Shown: in pieces, positions 62,168 to 64,000 of the stretch | How positions within the stretch are numbered: position 1 is the stretch's first letter | Layout: each line of letters starts with the position of its first letter | Virus record (IMG/VR): IMGVR_UViG_3300022752_000020 | Span: 95,921 to 159,920 of that record | Source of the DNA: a virus | Length of the DNA stretch: 64,000 nucleotides | Direction: 5' to 3' (one strand) | Notes under the pieces: generated by a model | What the model saw: the letters and a program-made list of their open reading frames with translations, nothing else | What the model was told of the DNA's origin: nothing | Database searches by the model: none | Made by a program: the position numbers and the translations under genes

Positions 62168-62500
62168 CTAGTCTAGTCTACTGCCTGCGTATACACGCTC
62201 AAGTCCAAGTTGAGCCTTCAGGACCTGTGCAAAGGCTTCAGCGCCGTCCTCCAGTATGCCTACACTCTGTACGCCTAGTCTGCTGGGGTTCCAGTACTGT
62301 AGGCTACGCTCGTAGCCATTGCGAGTAAAGCCTGCTGCTAACAGTGCCCGACCCAGTTTACTGTTAGCCCTAACGCCGTAGACGTCTACCCAAGCAAAGC
62401 CACAAGCGTCCCTATCACCACGTAGTTCTAAGCTCTTACGTGCTTGGCTGTTAGCGGCTTGGAGTGCTTGTTCTACAGCCTGTTGTACCTGTTGTTCCAT
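62168..62500 (-). CDS. Hypothetical early protein
   Basis: CGFAWV motif; own sigma70 promoter and AAGGA RBS. Confidence 0.75.
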   Translation of the reverse strand: MEQQVQQAVEQALQAANSQARKSLELRGDRDACGFAWVDVYGVRANSKLGRALLAAGFTRNGYERSLQYWNPSRLGVQSVGILEDGAEAFAQVLKAQLGLERVYAGSRLD

Positions 62501-62535
62501 TTGCTAGTCCTTTGTGTTAATGTCTAAGTGTTCGT

Positions 62536-62578
62536 AGTATACGCAGGTTCTAAAAGCCTGTCAACCCGTGTGGGTATT
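62536..62578 (-). promoter_or_regulatory. Early sigma70 promoter with upstream box
   Basis: AATACCCACACGGG-TTGACA, 17 bp, TATACT. Confidence 0.8.
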
Positions 62579-62806
62579 GGCTAAGTTCACAGTGTGGATG
62601 GGCACTGAAAGAATATAGAAGTCAGTGAGATCTAGTGTGCCGTAGAGGCTGAGGTGTTGTTGTTCTGCGGCTCGTTGTGCCTCTAGTGCCTCATCCAGGG
62701 AAGTGTAGAAGCCTAAGGTGCCATCGTAGTCTGGGTCCAAGAGGCTGCTGGCCAGTGTGGGTTGGCCCAAGTTCTGTAGAATGTAGATCAGGATAGTGTC
62801 AAACAT
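62561..62806 (-). CDS. Hypothetical early protein
   Basis: 81 aa; AAGGA RBS and promoter upstream. Confidence 0.6.
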   Translation of the reverse strand: MFDTILIYILQNLGQPTLASSLLDPDYDGTLGFYTSLDEALEAQRAAEQQHLSLYGTLDLTDFYILSVPIHTVNLANTHTG

Positions 62807-62836
62807 CTGTGTTCCTTTCTGTGTCTGTATGTTCGT

Positions 62837-62879
62837 ATTGTACGTTCGTTCTAAAGACCTGTCAACCTGTGTGGGTATT
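62837..62879 (-). promoter_or_regulatory. Early sigma70 promoter with upstream box
   Basis: AATACCCACACAGG-TTGACA, 17 bp, TACAAT. Confidence 0.8.
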
Positions 62880-62880
62880 T

Positions 62881-62957
62881 TGGCCTGACTGGAGGGATTC
62901 GAACCCCCGACCGACGGATTAGAAATCCGTTGCTCTATCCTACTGAGCTACAGTCAG
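62881..62957 (-). tRNA. tRNA-Arg(UCU)
   Basis: Acceptor CTGACTG/CAGTCAG, anticodon arm ACGGA-TTTCTAA-TCCGT, GGTTCGAATCC, encoded CCA. Confidence 0.93.
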
Positions 62958-62958
62958 T

Positions 62959-62976
62959 TGGTGCCCGTAGCCGGAC
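62959..62976 (-). pseudogene. 3' remnant of a disrupted tRNA gene
   Basis: GT-CCGGC-TACGGGC-A-CCA = end of T-loop, T-stem, acceptor strand and CCA. Confidence 0.75.
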
Positions 62977-62980
62977 CTTT

Positions 62981-63065
62981 TGGTGCTCCGACCCGGACTC
63001 GAACCGGGACTCCCGAAAGAAGTGGATTTTAAGTCCACTGCGGCTACCTATTACGCCATCGGAGC
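62981..63065 (-). tRNA. tRNA-Leu(UAA)
   Basis: Acceptor GCTCCGA/TCGGAGC, anticodon arm GTGGA-CTTAAAA-TCCAC, long variable arm, GGTTCGAGTCC, ACCA. Confidence 0.92.
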
Positions 63066-63488
63066 ATGACTTCTATTATACTTACTCTTTATCGCTTCTG
63101 CAATCTTCCTTTTATGTTCTTCTGATTTAGGTTTACCTTTATTAGCCTTTCCTCCTGATGCCTTGTTGCCTCTTGAATTCCTACGACAAGCCTCTTCGTA
63201 ACCATACTTATCTACTGAGCGATCCCATGCACTTTTCCAAGTTCCATTAGCGATTTGATCATCTATATTCTCTTTGTAGGACCCCCAATAAAGGTGCTCG
63301 GGATTAGAACATTTTGCATTGTGACAAGCATGACATAGTACTATTTTCTTTTCTATAAAAATATCAGTGCCTAAAAAGTCTGCTAGCAATCCACGGAACA
63401 TTGTTGAGTATCCACCACGCTCTTTACAAGGAGTGTTTAATCTTAAATGTTGTTTTCTTTCTTCTTTTGGTTTATCTAAATAATTCAT
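63051..63488 (-). CDS. HNH-type homing endonuclease with NUMOD3-like DNA-binding tail
   Basis: CHACHNAKCSNPEHLYWGSYKENIDD; KGKPKSEEHKRKIAEA; TATAAATA at 63508-63515. Confidence 0.85.
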   Translation of the reverse strand: MNYLDKPKEERKQHLRLNTPCKERGGYSTMFRGLLADFLGTDIFIEKKIVLCHACHNAKCSNPEHLYWGSYKENIDDQIANGTWKSAWDRSVDKYGYEEACRRNSRGNKASGGKANKGKPKSEEHKRKIAEAIKSKYNRSHAPMA

Positions 63489-63540
63489 ATTGATCCCCTT
63501 CTACATTTATTTATAATAAACACGGAGAACCAACATGATT

Positions 63541-63567
63541 TGTGTCTACCTATTCCACCATACGGGC
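63541..63567 (-). pseudogene. 5' remnant of a disrupted tRNA (Leu-type) gene
   Basis: GCCCGTA-TG-GTGGAATAGGTAGACAC-A = acceptor strand and D-arm; pairs 7/7 with the remnant at 62963-62969. Confidence 0.75.
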
Positions 63568-63573
63568 CTGTGT

Positions 63574-63900
63574 CTATTTAGCGGGTTCCAGGCTGGCTAT
63601 GCCCAGTTCCTGCATGCCTTGTTCTGTGAACTTCACTGGGAAGCCTACGATCCTGCTGACATCTTGTTCAAAGCCCCTGTCAGTGTAGACTTCCCAGGGA
63701 CCATCGTGTGCCACTAGGACTTCTGTTACAATCCTGTCTGCTAGGGCAAGATGCCTGATCGTTATAGCATCTACATTGAACTTCATACCTTTACTGTTCA
63801 TCCACAGACTTGAGCCATCGCAAGTCGCAGAATCTATAACAGTGAAGCTGTGCTCTACACAGCCCTCTGCAAAGTGTGTCATAGTCATATTCTTTAGCAT
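63574..63900 (-). CDS. Hypothetical protein
   Basis: 108 aa; VYTDRGFE...FTEQGMQ; AAGGA RBS. Confidence 0.7.
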   Translation of the reverse strand: MLKNMTMTHFAEGCVEHSFTVIDSATCDGSSLWMNSKGMKFNVDAITIRHLALADRIVTEVLVAHDGPWEVYTDRGFEQDVSRIVGFPVKFTEQGMQELGIASLEPAK

Positions 63901-63910
63901 GTTATAATCC

Positions 63911-64000
63911 TTAGCCTAATAGTGCCTTTACTCGCACATACTCTCCACCGCCAACTCGCAATTGCACGTCGCAGTCACAAGAGGTACGTTTCACCTTGTT
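63911..64000 (-). CDS. Partial hypothetical protein (3' end)
   Basis: Open frame NKVKRTSCDCDVQLRVGGGEYVRVKALLG* entering from the window edge. Confidence 0.5.
   Translation of the reverse strand, partial: NKVKRTSCDCDVQLRVGGGEYVRVKALLG

Noticed and set aside
62930-63130. 66-aa plus-strand ORF
   Set aside because: Antisense to two well-formed tRNA genes.
62959-63567. Spliceable intron or trans-spliced split tRNA
   Set aside because: Joining the two remnants gives no anticodon arm or complete T-arm, and no group I core was recognised.
1-64000. Stop-codon reassignment
   Set aside because: Long genes are intact in the standard code, and TAG, TGA and TAA all end genes at expected places (e.g. 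hemF ends in TAG).

Overview
A 64-kb segment of a large, AT-rich, T4-like (myovirus-type) phage genome read in the standard genetic code. Its host is probably a Gram-negative proteobacterium (it carries kdsA and hemF). In order, the window holds: (1) a GC-rich, apparently structured non-coding segment after a GIY-YIG gene, then a glycosyltransferase, SbcC/SbcD (gp46/gp47) and a gp55-like late sigma factor; (2) a baseplate/tail block with gp48-, gp53-, hub-, gp5-, gp25- and gp6-like genes, a 4915-aa structural protein, a collagen-like fibre, an S8 protease and three paralogous fibres; (3) a glycan/Kdo module; (4) a replication block with a UvsW-like helicase, a gp62-like subunit, a 192-aa mini-DnaE, primase, carbamoyltransferase and a gp41-like helicase; (5) an accessory region with a class III nucleotide cyclase, a glycosyltransferase cassette flanked by a duplicated gene end, hemF and BPL_N; (6) the start of an early region with sigma70 promoters and two tRNAs. 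The most notable observations are an HNH gene plus a replacement tRNA-Leu nested inside the remnants of an older tRNA gene, the candidate structured RNA next to the GIY-YIG gene, the collapsed or split C-family polymerase, and the cyclase with non-canonical specificity residues. All family calls come from recognising motifs by eye; no searches were run.
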